From assembly GCA_045047305.1 (NCBI GenBank), contig JASFYO010000004.1:1-64000 (forward strand): 64,000 bases of DNA, given 5' to 3'. This document shows positions 16,801-26,387 of this stretch, one piece after another (within the stretch, counting starts at the first letter, position 1; every line of letters starts with the position of its first letter). The translations under genes and the position numbers were made by a program. The notes beneath the pieces were generated by a model. The model saw only the letters and a program-made list of their open reading frames with translations. It searched no databases and was not told the origin of the DNA. Source of the stretch: Planctomycetota bacterium (GTDB lineage: Bacteria > Planctomycetota > UBA1135).

Positions 16801-18480
16801 ATGCGCAAAACACTTGCGATTCTTGCTGGATTACTTCTAGCGTCCACCGCCTTTGGCCAAACACCAACTTCTGATTTGGTCTTCTACCAGGGCGATTCCG
16901 TTCTCAACGACTGGGGCATCTGGCGTCACTCCGACCTAGATAACGATGGACTCTTTCTCGATCCGAGCGAAATGTTCACTTTTGGTTTTGATAACCAAAT
17001 CCAGATTACCTATGTGCAAGATTTGCGCTACCGCAACGAAGGTGGCACTGATTTCATGTACGTGATTGCAACCAACGACATGGTGCTTCGCTTGCAAGAT
17101 CTCGATGGCGATGGATCTGCAGATGGCCCCGGCGAAATCATCGAGTGGGCCGACACCCGTGCAGGTGGTGGATTCAGCAACACCTCGCCAGATGCTTTGG
17201 ATTACGATCCACTCACTGGCACCATGTATGTCACCGATGACAATTTCAGCTTTGGCCCACAGCCTGGCACTGGAATCCACGCTTACACCGACCTCAACTC
17301 CGATGGCAATGCCAATGGGGTTGGCGAGTTTGTGCAGTTCGTAGATGGCAACCTCCCCATCACTGTTGCGGGTACCGCTGGCCCAGTAGCCATCGACGCC
17401 GGTGACTTCGAAGGCATCATGTTTGACTCCACCAACGGTGTAGTCATCAGCTTTGCGCAACAAGATGTCATGCTCTACGCATTCCAGGACCTTAACGGTG
17501 ATGGCGATGCAAACGATGCGGGCGAAGCTTGGAACTTCTGTAACTTGGTTGGTGATGTCGCCGGCCTCGAGCTCAACGCAGACGTCGCTTCTGGCACCCT
17601 AGTCAACCCTAGTTGTCCATCCTCCAGCGGGGTTGGCCTCTTTGGCTCCCTAGAAGTACTCGACTTCGCACCAGGCGCAGGCCCACTAGGTGAAGACGTT
17701 TACTGGATTATGTCCACCGCAGCCAACGCCTCCTGCACCGGCGCAGGTGGATTGCTGTTCCGCGGCATCGACCTCAACGGCGACCTCGACCTCAACGATG
17801 CGGGCGAAGTCACCCTCTACCTTGATGGCCCGAACGGATCTCTTGGCATTCCTGCCATGTATGGTGGCGCCAACCACGATAACGGTTACTCGGTTCGCGC
17901 ATCGGGAGGCAACGTGTACTTCCTCTACGACCTCAACGGTGACGGCGATGCAGAGGACGCCGGTGAGCAAACTCTAACTGGTATCGATGCACTCGGTCAC
18001 TTTGTTGGTGAAATGGAAGCCCTGCCAGCAGGCGCATTCCCGCTGCCAGCAACTGGCTTCTTTAACACCTTCGGCACCGGTGGAACTTCTTCCGCAGGCT
18101 TGGTCCCATCGATTGGCAACGTAGGCTTCCCGACCCCAGGGCTCAGCTTCGATGTCACCGTAGACAACGCCCTTCCGTTCCTACCAGTCACCTTGTACTT
18201 GGGCTTCTCCAACACTTCTTGGAACCGTCCACCAAACATTGTGCTCCCGTTCGACATGACCGGCATTGGCGCTCCAGGCAACACCTTGTACGTTGCAGGT
18301 AACTTCCTGTTCAGCGGCACTGCAGATGCTGCTGGCTCCGCGAGCCTCACCATGAACGTGCCTAACGATCCAACCCTGGTTGGTCGCGACATCTACGTTC
18401 AGTGGTACTGCACCGACCTCGTCGTCAACCCACGTGGTGTGACGATGTCGAATGCTGCCCACACTCAGGTAGTTCAGTAA
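16801..18480 (+). CDS. Secreted protein with six Dx[DN]xDG Ca2+-binding repeats and C-terminal beta domain
   Basis: Signal MRKTLAILAGLLLASTAFG; repeats DLDNDG, DLDGDG, DLNSDG, DLNGDG, DLNGDL, DLNGDG, each followed by (G/S)E. Confidence 0.75.
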   Translation: MRKTLAILAGLLLASTAFGQTPTSDLVFYQGDSVLNDWGIWRHSDLDNDGLFLDPSEMFTFGFDNQIQITYVQDLRYRNEGGTDFMYVIATNDMVLRLQDLDGDGSADGPGEIIEWADTRAGGGFSNTSPDALDYDPLTGTMYVTDDNFSFGPQPGTGIHAYTDLNSDGNANGVGEFVQFVDGNLPITVAGTAGPVAIDAGDFEGIMFDSTNGVVISFAQQDVMLYAFQDLNGDGDANDAGEAWNFCNLVGDVAGLELNADVASGTLVNPSCPSSSGVGLFGSLEVLDFAPGAGPLGEDVYWIMSTAANASCTGAGGLLFRGIDLNGDLDLNDAGEVTLYLDGPNGSLGIPAMYGGANHDNGYSVRASGGNVYFLYDLNGDGDAEDAGEQTLTGIDALGHFVGEMEALPAGAFPLPATGFFNTFGTGGTSSAGLVPSIGNVGFPTPGLSFDVTVDNALPFLPVTLYLGFSNTSWNRPPNIVLPFDMTGIGAPGNTLYVAGNFLFSGTADAAGSASLTMNVPNDPTLVGRDIYVQWYCTDLVVNPRGVTMSNAAHTQVVQ

Positions 18481-18512
18481 TAATACGTTCCGGCCTTGCC
18501 GGCATACGTCTC

Positions 18513-18547
18513 CAGGAGGGGGCCCATCCCGGGTCCTCTCCTGTTTT
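18513..18547 (+). terminator. Rho-independent terminator
   Basis: 13-bp stem CAGGAGGGGGCCC / GGGTCCTCTCCTG (2 G-U pairs), 5-nt loop, then TTTT. Confidence 0.7.
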
Positions 18548-18553
18548 CAAATC

Positions 18554-20083
18554 ATGATCGCCACTCTTCTACTTAGCCTCCTCGCACCCTGCCAACAGCT
18601 CGATGCCCTAGAGGACACACTGCGTGCTGCAACGGACAAATCATCCTATGAAAAGGGTGCTTACAGCGCTGCTCGCGAACTTGCAGACCTACGAAGTGAA
18701 GAGGCGATGGAGTTGCGGATTGATTTATTCGATGAAAAGCTGGACACCTACAAAGGGGTGTATCTACGCGATTGGTTTTTTAGCGGTTATCTAAAGTCGA
18801 ATTCGCAGGAAGAAGCAGACCTCATGGCTGAGGCTGCCGCCAATAAAAAGGAAAGTGATTGGCATAGGATCATTTTGTTGCACGGCCTTGAACGTTGCAG
18901 GGCTACGGCCTCGGCAAAGACACTTCTGCAGAAGTCTTTCTTGAAAGCTCCTATGCAGGTGCGACGCGCATGGGCGAGCGCCTTAAGCGCCATGCTGGTG
19001 GAAAAGCGACTGGACTTTTCCAGTGTCAAGTTACGCAAGGGAGAAACCGCCGAAGGATTAATACGCAAACGCCTACTCGAATGCGGTGTTGCCGATGGCT
19101 ATCTACTTTTGGACCCTCTCGGCACCGACGCCACCCTCGCCCTATCCAAACTCGCCACTGACGCCAAGAATGCTGGTGATCGTGCCATGGCTATCCGTGC
19201 TTTAGGTGCCCACCCCAACGCATGGCCACAACTAGAATTCGCGATGCCACAAGTCTTCGCGCGACGCGATTGCGGGCCTCGGACTGCGTTGCTCGAAACT
19301 GCGGTTGCGAACCACATTTTTGAATTAACGCCGAAACTAATCCTCGCGCTCAAGGAGGAGGCCAAGCATACCCCAAACCGATTCACAGCGGACATCGGTG
19401 CCACCTTACGCGCACTCACTGGCCAGGGCTTTGGTGACTCTCCAAAAATGTGGCAACAGTGGTACCAACATGATGGAGCTGCGTGGCTAGAGAAGGTCCG
19501 CGCCAACCCCAGTGATGCCGTAACAAAACTTGAGCGGCGAGACCGCGATACCGTCGCGCGGTTTTTTGGGTTAGCCGTTGAAACCTCCAACGTCGTGGTC
19601 ATTGTGGACGGCTCCGGCAGCATGAGTATCAACAAACTTGGCGAGCTGAGCTGTGCATCGGCCGCGGCGGTGGAGTCTGGCAAGTTCTTAGAGCAACTGC
19701 CCAAGGAGTCTCTGTTTCAAGTCATTGTGGTGGAAGAGAAGCCTATTCTTGGCTTTAAGAAACTCATGCCAGCGACCAAAGGCAACCGCGCCAAAGCGGT
19801 GAAGTTCCTCAACAGTCGCCCCTACCGTGGCGCGTCGGCCTTAATGGAAGCCTTTGAGGCTGCAACAACCGACCCACTTGTGGACACCATCATCCTGGTT
19901 TCCGATGGCGGCAGTTCAGCCGGGAAACATCAGTACAAAGGGCATATGCTCGATTTCGCAACGCGATTGCACTTACGCACTGGCGTTCGCTTCCATTCTG
20001 TTCTCGTGACCGACAGCGACAAACATGAAAGCTTCATGCGCGACCTGGCGGAATCAACGGGAGGTAGGATGGTTCGCCCCTGA
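18554..20083 (+). CDS. HEAT-repeat-like + von Willebrand A domain protein
   Basis: Helical N-terminal part, LRALTGQGFG...WQQW, MIDAS VIVDGSGSM and LVSDG. Confidence 0.75.
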   Translation: MIATLLLSLLAPCQQLDALEDTLRAATDKSSYEKGAYSAARELADLRSEEAMELRIDLFDEKLDTYKGVYLRDWFFSGYLKSNSQEEADLMAEAAANKKESDWHRIILLHGLERCRATASAKTLLQKSFLKAPMQVRRAWASALSAMLVEKRLDFSSVKLRKGETAEGLIRKRLLECGVADGYLLLDPLGTDATLALSKLATDAKNAGDRAMAIRALGAHPNAWPQLEFAMPQVFARRDCGPRTALLETAVANHIFELTPKLILALKEEAKHTPNRFTADIGATLRALTGQGFGDSPKMWQQWYQHDGAAWLEKVRANPSDAVTKLERRDRDTVARFFGLAVETSNVVVIVDGSGSMSINKLGELSCASAAAVESGKFLEQLPKESLFQVIVVEEKPILGFKKLMPATKGNRAKAVKFLNSRPYRGASALMEAFEAATTDPLVDTIILVSDGGSSAGKHQYKGHMLDFATRLHLRTGVRFHSVLVTDSDKHESFMRDLAESTGGRMVRP

Positions 20084-20107
20084 CTTTCACTAACTCCCCC
20101 CTTCTGC

Positions 20108-21931
20108 ATGAAACCCCTTCTTCTTCTTGCACTCCTCGCCGGCATGTTCTCCATGCCAGCAGGTACCGGTTCGTTTGAAATCTACTTCATTGATACCGGC
20201 CAATCTGATTCCACCCTCCTGATTTCCCCTACCGGACAAACCTTCCTATTCGATGGCGGCGATAACGGCGACGGCAGCAACGATGTCGTGCCACTACTCA
20301 ACTCCCTGGGCATCACCCATTTAGATTACGTCGGAGTGAGTCATTACCACGCGGATCACTTAGGCGGATTAGATGAAATATGGAATGCTGGTATCACGGC
20401 AACCATCGCTCTCGACCGCGGATTCAACAACCTGCCAACCACGCAGTCTTACAATGATTACGCAAATCGTTATGCCTCTGTTCGCCAAATGGCTACCCCG
20501 GGACAGGTCATCAATTTAGGCGGTGGGGTCACTCTGACTTGCATGGTGCGCGAAGGCGACCTGATTGGCGGTGGCTCGATAAACATCTCCAGTAGTTCGC
20601 AATGGGAGAATAGCTCCAGCGTCGGCTGGAAGGTGGAGTACGGCGACTTCGATATGTGGATGGGCGGCGACCTAACCGGTGGCGGCAATGGCACCACGAA
20701 TGTGGAATCTAGTTTGGCCCCACTGGTTGGAAACGTCGATGTGTACCAGGCCAACCACCACGGTTCGCGCACCTCATCGAACAGCACCTGGGTGAATACG
20801 CTGAGCCCAGAGTTCACCGTAGTTCCTTGCGGTAGTTCGAACCCTTATGGCTATCCAAAGCAGGAAGTCGTCAACCGCTTGAATTCCACGACCAACATGC
20901 GGCCAGTATGGTGCCCAACGGATGGCGTGGGTACAGAAGGTTTCGTCGACGCCGGTGGCACCATTCACCTCATCACAGATGGCAATACTTACACGGTTAC
21001 TGCCAACGATGGCACCGCATTCACTTTATCCGTAGATGAACAAGCACCTGCGATTCCATTGGCCGGTGAATTAGTCGTTTCAGAATTCCATCGCGACCCA
21101 AGCGCAACCAGCGACACGGACGGCGAATGGGTTGAGATTGCAGGAACCCGTAACGGTCCCGTGTCACTCGATAACGTAAAGCTGAAAGACTTCGGCAGCA
21201 ACAACCTCACCTTTGGCGCCCCAGTCTTGCTCGATCAAGGTGAGTTCATGGTGATTGCCGCGGATGGGGTGCGCGGGCGCAACGGTGGATTACGCCCGCA
21301 GATGGTTTGGCCGACGGTCGGCTTCTCGATGATGAACGGCAACGACACCGTGGCGCTGGAATATGGGTCCACCACATTGGACCGCGTGGATTACACCAGC
21401 AGTTGGCCTGGCGGCACTGGCATTGCTGCCGAACGTAAAGATTTGCTCGGCCCTGCGACCCTAAACAACTTTGCCGCTGCCATCAGCAACTTCGGTAACG
21501 GCGACAAGGGCACCCCTGGCGCGGTCAATGATGCCGATACCACCGTTTTTAGCGGTGGCGGCAGTGGCCCACTCGACATAACTGTGATTTTGCCGCCAGT
21601 AATTGGGCAGTTGTTCCAAATGGAGTGGAGTGCACCTGGAGAAGCTGGAGCTTTCTACCAAGGGTTCATCTCCTTCGGCACTTCCCCCGGGTACGACATC
21701 AATGGCACCAATATCCCAGCGAATCAAGACCGTGCATGGAACATCACTTCTAGCTTCGCGGGTTGGTCTGGCATTGTGCCTGTCGGAGAAACCGTCACCG
21801 TGTTTGCGAATTTACCCAACAATCCTAGCCTCCACAACACCATCATCTACGGGGTTTTCTATACCTATGACAACGCCGGTTCGGTGGTTGTACGTAAGGT
21901 GTCGTTGCCTTCGTTCATGGTTATTACGTGA
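20108..21931 (+). CDS. Secreted ComEC/Rec2-like metallo-beta-lactamase-fold hydrolase + lamin-tail domain + C-terminal beta domain
   Basis: FIDTGQSD, SHYHADHLGG, GD, NHHGS; LTD LVVSEF..DP...DGEWVEI...GTPGAVN. Confidence 0.8.
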   Translation: MKPLLLLALLAGMFSMPAGTGSFEIYFIDTGQSDSTLLISPTGQTFLFDGGDNGDGSNDVVPLLNSLGITHLDYVGVSHYHADHLGGLDEIWNAGITATIALDRGFNNLPTTQSYNDYANRYASVRQMATPGQVINLGGGVTLTCMVREGDLIGGGSINISSSSQWENSSSVGWKVEYGDFDMWMGGDLTGGGNGTTNVESSLAPLVGNVDVYQANHHGSRTSSNSTWVNTLSPEFTVVPCGSSNPYGYPKQEVVNRLNSTTNMRPVWCPTDGVGTEGFVDAGGTIHLITDGNTYTVTANDGTAFTLSVDEQAPAIPLAGELVVSEFHRDPSATSDTDGEWVEIAGTRNGPVSLDNVKLKDFGSNNLTFGAPVLLDQGEFMVIAADGVRGRNGGLRPQMVWPTVGFSMMNGNDTVALEYGSTTLDRVDYTSSWPGGTGIAAERKDLLGPATLNNFAAAISNFGNGDKGTPGAVNDADTTVFSGGGSGPLDITVILPPVIGQLFQMEWSAPGEAGAFYQGFISFGTSPGYDINGTNIPANQDRAWNITSSFAGWSGIVPVGETVTVFANLPNNPSLHNTIIYGVFYTYDNAGSVVVRKVSLPSFMVIT

Positions 21932-21997
21932 ACGGCTTGGGGCAGGCCCGCAAATTTTGGCGCTCCTAACACTTTCATCCATGAGCCGGATGTCGCG

Positions 21998-24139
21998 TTA
22001 GGGGCGCCGATTCGTTTCAATCAGCTTCAAGCTAACCCGCGCATCCAAGACGCAGGAGCCTTTACCCTTCCACCCTGCTAAGAATGGATTCAAATCCAGT
22101 TCCTCGATCTCAGGGAAGTCAGAGAGCATGCGGCTGAGGCGGAGCAAAATCTCGACCAGCTCTGCCTTATTCACCGGCGGCTTTCCACGTGCCCCTTCCA
22201 GCATGGCCTTGGCACGAATGCCTGCAACCATTTCTTCAGCGTCGGTTTTGGTGAGTGGATGCAAACGAAAAACCACGTCCTTGAACACCTCAACATGCAC
22301 TCCGCCTAAACCGAAGGCCAGCATGCGCCCAAACTGTGGATCGGTTGCTGCGCCAAAGAAAGTCTCAACGCCATCGGAACGCATCGATTGCAGCAACAAC
22401 TGCATGCCTGGGAATTCCTTGGAGAAGAGTTGGTCGAGGTTGTCGTAAACGTCGAGCAATTCTTCACGATCGCGAATACCCACAACCACTCCACCGCGAT
22501 CTGATTTATGCACCAGGCCTTCCGCCTCCACCTTTACCACCATCGGAAAGCCGAGCGTGCGAGCAGCGGCCAGAGCCTCTTCACGCGAGCTCACAATGCA
22601 GCTCGGGACCATGGGGATACCATAAGCTGAAAGCAAAGTATCCACTTCATCGCCATGCAACATCTGTCGCCCTTCCGCAATCGCAACGTCGACCGCAGCT
22701 CTTGCCTTGGCTCGCTGCACCCGAAACGATGGCGCCTTTACAATTTTCCGCGTGCGTAACTCCTGCAACCGAGTCAACCCGGCAAGCGCAAAGGCCGCTT
22801 CCTCTGGGAATCGATAGTTCGGTACTCCTGCATCGCGCAAAATCTCACGCGCCCGGTTCCCTTCCGACTTTCCAAGCAAACAGGCGATTAATGGCTTGTC
22901 ACTGGCCGCAGCATGCTTTGCAAATATGCGCGCAACCGCAGCGGAATCAATCATGACTGGCGAGACGAAAATCGCCAAAACCAAATCGATGTTCTTATCG
23001 TGTACGACAGCATCTAAGGCTAAATCGAAACGCTCTGCGTCAGCACTTGCAATCAAGTCGACTGGATTCACGCTCGATGCTTCTGGCGGCAACCCCTTCT
23101 TCAAGCGCTTCTGGGTTGCCAGCGCCAAGTCTGGGAGTTCCAAGCCATGCGCGACGCAAGCGTCAGTAGCGAGAATGGCTGGGCCACCAGCATTGGTGAC
23201 GATACCGACACGCCTTCCTTTCGGGCGCTTTCCAGTTTGTACTGCTCCTGCAAGTGCAAACAAATCCTTCATCGTGTCGACGCGTAATACCCCACACTGA
23301 TTGAACAAGGAATCGACTGCAGCTTCACTACCGGCAAGCGATCCGGTGTGAGAAATTGCCGCTTTCGCTCCCTGTGCGCTGCGCCCGGACTTTACCACTA
23401 GAATTGGTTTCCGCGATGCAACTTCCCGTGCGACACGCATGAAGCGCTCCGGCTCACCAAAGGCCTCAAGGTACATCAACACTTGTTCGGTGTTGGGGTC
23501 TTGATCCCAGTATTCCAAGAGATCGCTTGGGGAAACGTCGGCGCGATTGCCCACGCTGGCAAACATGCTAATGCCAATTCCAAGTTCACGGGCGTCAGAA
23601 AGGATCGCCTCTCCAAGAGCGCCGGATTGGGATAAGAAAGCTGCGCCACCTGGAGTTGGAGTTGCGCTAGCAAAGGAGGCGTTCATCGAAACCGTGACCT
23701 CGGTATTTAGAATACCCATGCAGTTAGGTCCGATCATGCGCATGCCATGCTTTTTGCAAATTGAGATCAACTGATTCTGACGTTCTGTCCCTTCTCCTCC
23801 AACCTCCGAAAACCCGGCGGTGATGACAACTAAACCTTTCACACCTTTACGCCCACAGTCACGCGCGGCTTCCAGAACCAGCGCTGCCGGCACGGTGATA
23901 ATCGCGAGGTCCACCGGGTCCGGAATCACCGAGACCTTGCGATAACAGTGCATGCTGTACACCACTTTCGCCTTTGGGTTCACTGGATAAACGGGGCCCT
24001 GAAAACCGCCTTCCACCAAGTTGCGCACAATCTCATGCCCAATCTGATAACGCTTGCGGCTCGCTCCAATCACCGCGACGGAACGCGGGCGGAACAGGGA
24101 ATCTAAGGAATGGTTTTTAGTTTTGTTCACGGAGAACAT
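21998..24139 (-). CDS. ADP-forming acetate/acyl-CoA synthetase, fused alpha-beta
   Basis: PRSVAVIGAS, GPNCMG, SQSGA, phospho-His SHTGSLAG, TNAGG, NPVDL, ATP-grasp HKSDRGGV, ELDLNP; no GNAT domain. Confidence 0.9.
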   Translation of the reverse strand: MFSVNKTKNHSLDSLFRPRSVAVIGASRKRYQIGHEIVRNLVEGGFQGPVYPVNPKAKVVYSMHCYRKVSVIPDPVDLAIITVPAALVLEAARDCGRKGVKGLVVITAGFSEVGGEGTERQNQLISICKKHGMRMIGPNCMGILNTEVTVSMNASFASATPTPGGAAFLSQSGALGEAILSDARELGIGISMFASVGNRADVSPSDLLEYWDQDPNTEQVLMYLEAFGEPERFMRVAREVASRKPILVVKSGRSAQGAKAAISHTGSLAGSEAAVDSLFNQCGVLRVDTMKDLFALAGAVQTGKRPKGRRVGIVTNAGGPAILATDACVAHGLELPDLALATQKRLKKGLPPEASSVNPVDLIASADAERFDLALDAVVHDKNIDLVLAIFVSPVMIDSAAVARIFAKHAAASDKPLIACLLGKSEGNRAREILRDAGVPNYRFPEEAAFALAGLTRLQELRTRKIVKAPSFRVQRAKARAAVDVAIAEGRQMLHGDEVDTLLSAYGIPMVPSCIVSSREEALAAARTLGFPMVVKVEAEGLVHKSDRGGVVVGIRDREELLDVYDNLDQLFSKEFPGMQLLLQSMRSDGVETFFGAATDPQFGRMLAFGLGGVHVEVFKDVVFRLHPLTKTDAEEMVAGIRAKAMLEGARGKPPVNKAELVEILLRLSRMLSDFPEIEELDLNPFLAGWKGKGSCVLDARVSLKLIETNRRP

Positions 24140-24755
24140 CCTCCATGTGTCGAGCGAGTGATGCGCGCACTAAGGAAAAATCCGGGGCCTCTCCATCGCT
24201 TTGCTGCGCCATGGTGGTCATGAGGTCGGGTTCCATGCCGCAAGGATCGAAGCGTCGAAACCAGGAAAGGTCGGTGTCGACATTTAGCGCCACACCGTGG
24301 TAAGTCGTCCATCGACGCACGGCTACGCCAATGCTCGCGACTTTCTTATGATTGATCCAGCAACCCGTATTGCGGTCATCGCGGCCACCGCTTAAACCAA
24401 AATCACCAACGCAGCGGATTAATGCTTCTTCCAATGCATGCAGGTAAGCATGAAGGTCGCGAGCGCCCTCTTCCAGTTGGATCAAAGGATAGGCCACCAG
24501 TTGGCCAGGACCATGGAAGGTCGCTTTGCCGCCGCGCGCAATTTCATACACAGGCAATCCGATAGCGCTGTACATCGCGGCCTGCCCCCCACGTCCGACG
24601 GTAAGGACTGGATCGAATTCCGCAATCAAAAGCTGATCGGGAGCATCGCCGCGCACGATTGCATCGACGCGCTCCATCATCAAAGCGTCCACTGTGCCGT
24701 AATCCGTCCGCCCGAGGTCGTGAACCTCAAACTCGGATGAACGGCTAAAGCGCAT
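24117..24755 (-). CDS. lipB: Octanoyltransferase LipB
   Basis: RGGKATFHGPGQLVAYP, KVASIG, HGVALN, PCG. Confidence 0.93.
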   Translation of the reverse strand: MRFSRSSEFEVHDLGRTDYGTVDALMMERVDAIVRGDAPDQLLIAEFDPVLTVGRGGQAAMYSAIGLPVYEIARGGKATFHGPGQLVAYPLIQLEEGARDLHAYLHALEEALIRCVGDFGLSGGRDDRNTGCWINHKKVASIGVAVRRWTTYHGVALNVDTDLSWFRRFDPCGMEPDLMTTMAQQSDGEAPDFSLVRASLARHMEDVLREQN

Positions 24756-24766
24756 GAATCTCAGAC

Positions 24767-26179
24767 CTACTTCTTTTTCGCGGCCATCGCATGCGGCGAC
24801 ATTCCGTGTACATCTTCACAAGCTTCCATGAACACTTCGGAAAGTGTTGGGTGCGGGTGAATGGTCATCGCAATGTCTTCCACCGTAAGACCACCTTCAA
24901 TCGCAAGGGAGCCCTCGGTAATCATGTCGGTTACGTTTGGCCCAACCATGTGCACACCGAGAACGGTGTCGTCTTTGGCGTCGGCAATCACTTTGACTAA
25001 GCCATCTGTCGCATGCATGGACATCGCACGTCCATTCGCGCCAAAGTTAAAGCGGCCAACCTTGTAATCGATCCCCTTCTCTTTACAGTCAGCCTCGCTA
25101 AGCCCGGTAGTTGCGATTTCAGGGTCAGTGAAAATCACGCCAGGAACGATTTCAGGATCGTAAGCTACGCCGGGCTGACGCGCAATCGCACCAGCAGCGA
25201 CCAAGCCTTGAGCACTACCCTTATGCGCCAACATTGGGCCAAGAGTAATGTCGCCGACTGCGTAAACATGTGGAGTCTTAGTGCAACATTGCGCATCGAC
25301 CTCAATAAATCCGCGCTTGTCGGTTTTGACTCCAACCTTGTCCAAGCCAATATTGCTCGTGACCGGGCGGCGCCCCACCGTCAGCAGAATGACGTCGGCC
25401 TCGAAAGTTTGTTCCTTGCCATTCACTTCGGCAACGACCTCGACTCCGCTTCCCTTCTTCTTCCAGCTCTTGGCTGCAGACTTCAGGTGAATTTTCATGC
25501 CGGCTTTCTTCGCTTTGCGCGCCACAACCTTGACCAGTTCCGGGTCGGTGCCAGGAAGGATCTGATCCATGAACTCCACCACGGTGACCTCACAGCCGAC
25601 CTGCTGGTAGAACATGCCGAGCTCCATGCCAATCACGCCGCCGCCAATCACGAACAGCTTCTTCGGCAAAGTCTTCGGCTCAAGCGCATCGGTGCTCGAC
25701 CAAACCTGTTCAGAAAATTCAAAGCCAGGAATCGGCGAAGGCTCACTGCCGGTGGCAATCACAATGTCGTTGCACTTGATTTCCACTTTGCCATCCACGG
25801 TATCGACTGTGACAGTGTTCGGGTTCACAATCGTACCCTTGCCTTTCACCCACTCAATGTTGCGGTTCTTGAACAACATGCCAATGCCGCCGGTTAGCTT
25901 CTTGACGATGCCCGCCTTCCATGCGATGAGCTTGGAAAGGTCTAACTTTGGGGTTTCTACGGTAAAGCCCATATCCGCTGCGTGCTTGGTGGACTCAACA
26001 AAGTGAGCCGCAGAGATCAACGCTTTCGAGGGGATACAACCCACGTTAAGGCAGGTGCCGCCGAGGTTATCGAACTCGACACAAACGACTTTCTTACCGA
26101 GGTCGGCAGCGCGAATGGCACAAATGTACCCGGCTGGACCGGAACCCAGCACTACGATATCGGTTTGGATTTTCGTCAT
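24767..26179 (-). CDS. lpdA: Dihydrolipoyl dehydrogenase (E3)
   Basis: GSGPAG, GGTCLNVGCIPSKA, IGGGVIG, HPHPTLSE. Confidence 0.96.
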   Translation of the reverse strand: MTKIQTDIVVLGSGPAGYICAIRAADLGKKVVCVEFDNLGGTCLNVGCIPSKALISAAHFVESTKHAADMGFTVETPKLDLSKLIAWKAGIVKKLTGGIGMLFKNRNIEWVKGKGTIVNPNTVTVDTVDGKVEIKCNDIVIATGSEPSPIPGFEFSEQVWSSTDALEPKTLPKKLFVIGGGVIGMELGMFYQQVGCEVTVVEFMDQILPGTDPELVKVVARKAKKAGMKIHLKSAAKSWKKKGSGVEVVAEVNGKEQTFEADVILLTVGRRPVTSNIGLDKVGVKTDKRGFIEVDAQCCTKTPHVYAVGDITLGPMLAHKGSAQGLVAAGAIARQPGVAYDPEIVPGVIFTDPEIATTGLSEADCKEKGIDYKVGRFNFGANGRAMSMHATDGLVKVIADAKDDTVLGVHMVGPNVTDMITEGSLAIEGGLTVEDIAMTIHPHPTLSEVFMEACEDVHGMSPHAMAAKKK

Positions 26180-26387
26180 GGTAGGACTCTAATTAGCTCT
26201 GATTTGCCTATTTTCCAGGGGTGAATGTCCCTTGGATTGACCGAGCATTATAGAGCTTGAGGCCTACTTCCACGACCTCAATGCGCGCGAGCACAAGGAA
26301 TCTGTAAAAAATCCATGCTCCTCTGTGATGATTGCACCTAACTCGAATCTCGCCCCAATCCAAAGGCCGTCCTGGGGTGTGCTCAAC

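Noticed and set aside
16930..17970. Recurring GACCTCAACGGxGAC sequences as a CRISPR or tandem repeat
   Set aside because: Degenerate, in-frame, irregularly spaced codons for the Ca-binding loops; no cas genes
21998..24139. Protein lysine acetyltransferase (Pat/Pka)
   Set aside because: No GNAT domain, and the catalytic His (SHTG) is present
26180..26387. Possible ncRNA or riboswitch in the icd-lpdA gap
   Set aside because: Only short hairpins (e.g. TTGAGG-N13-CCTCAA) and a minus-strand TATAAT; no recognisable RNA family
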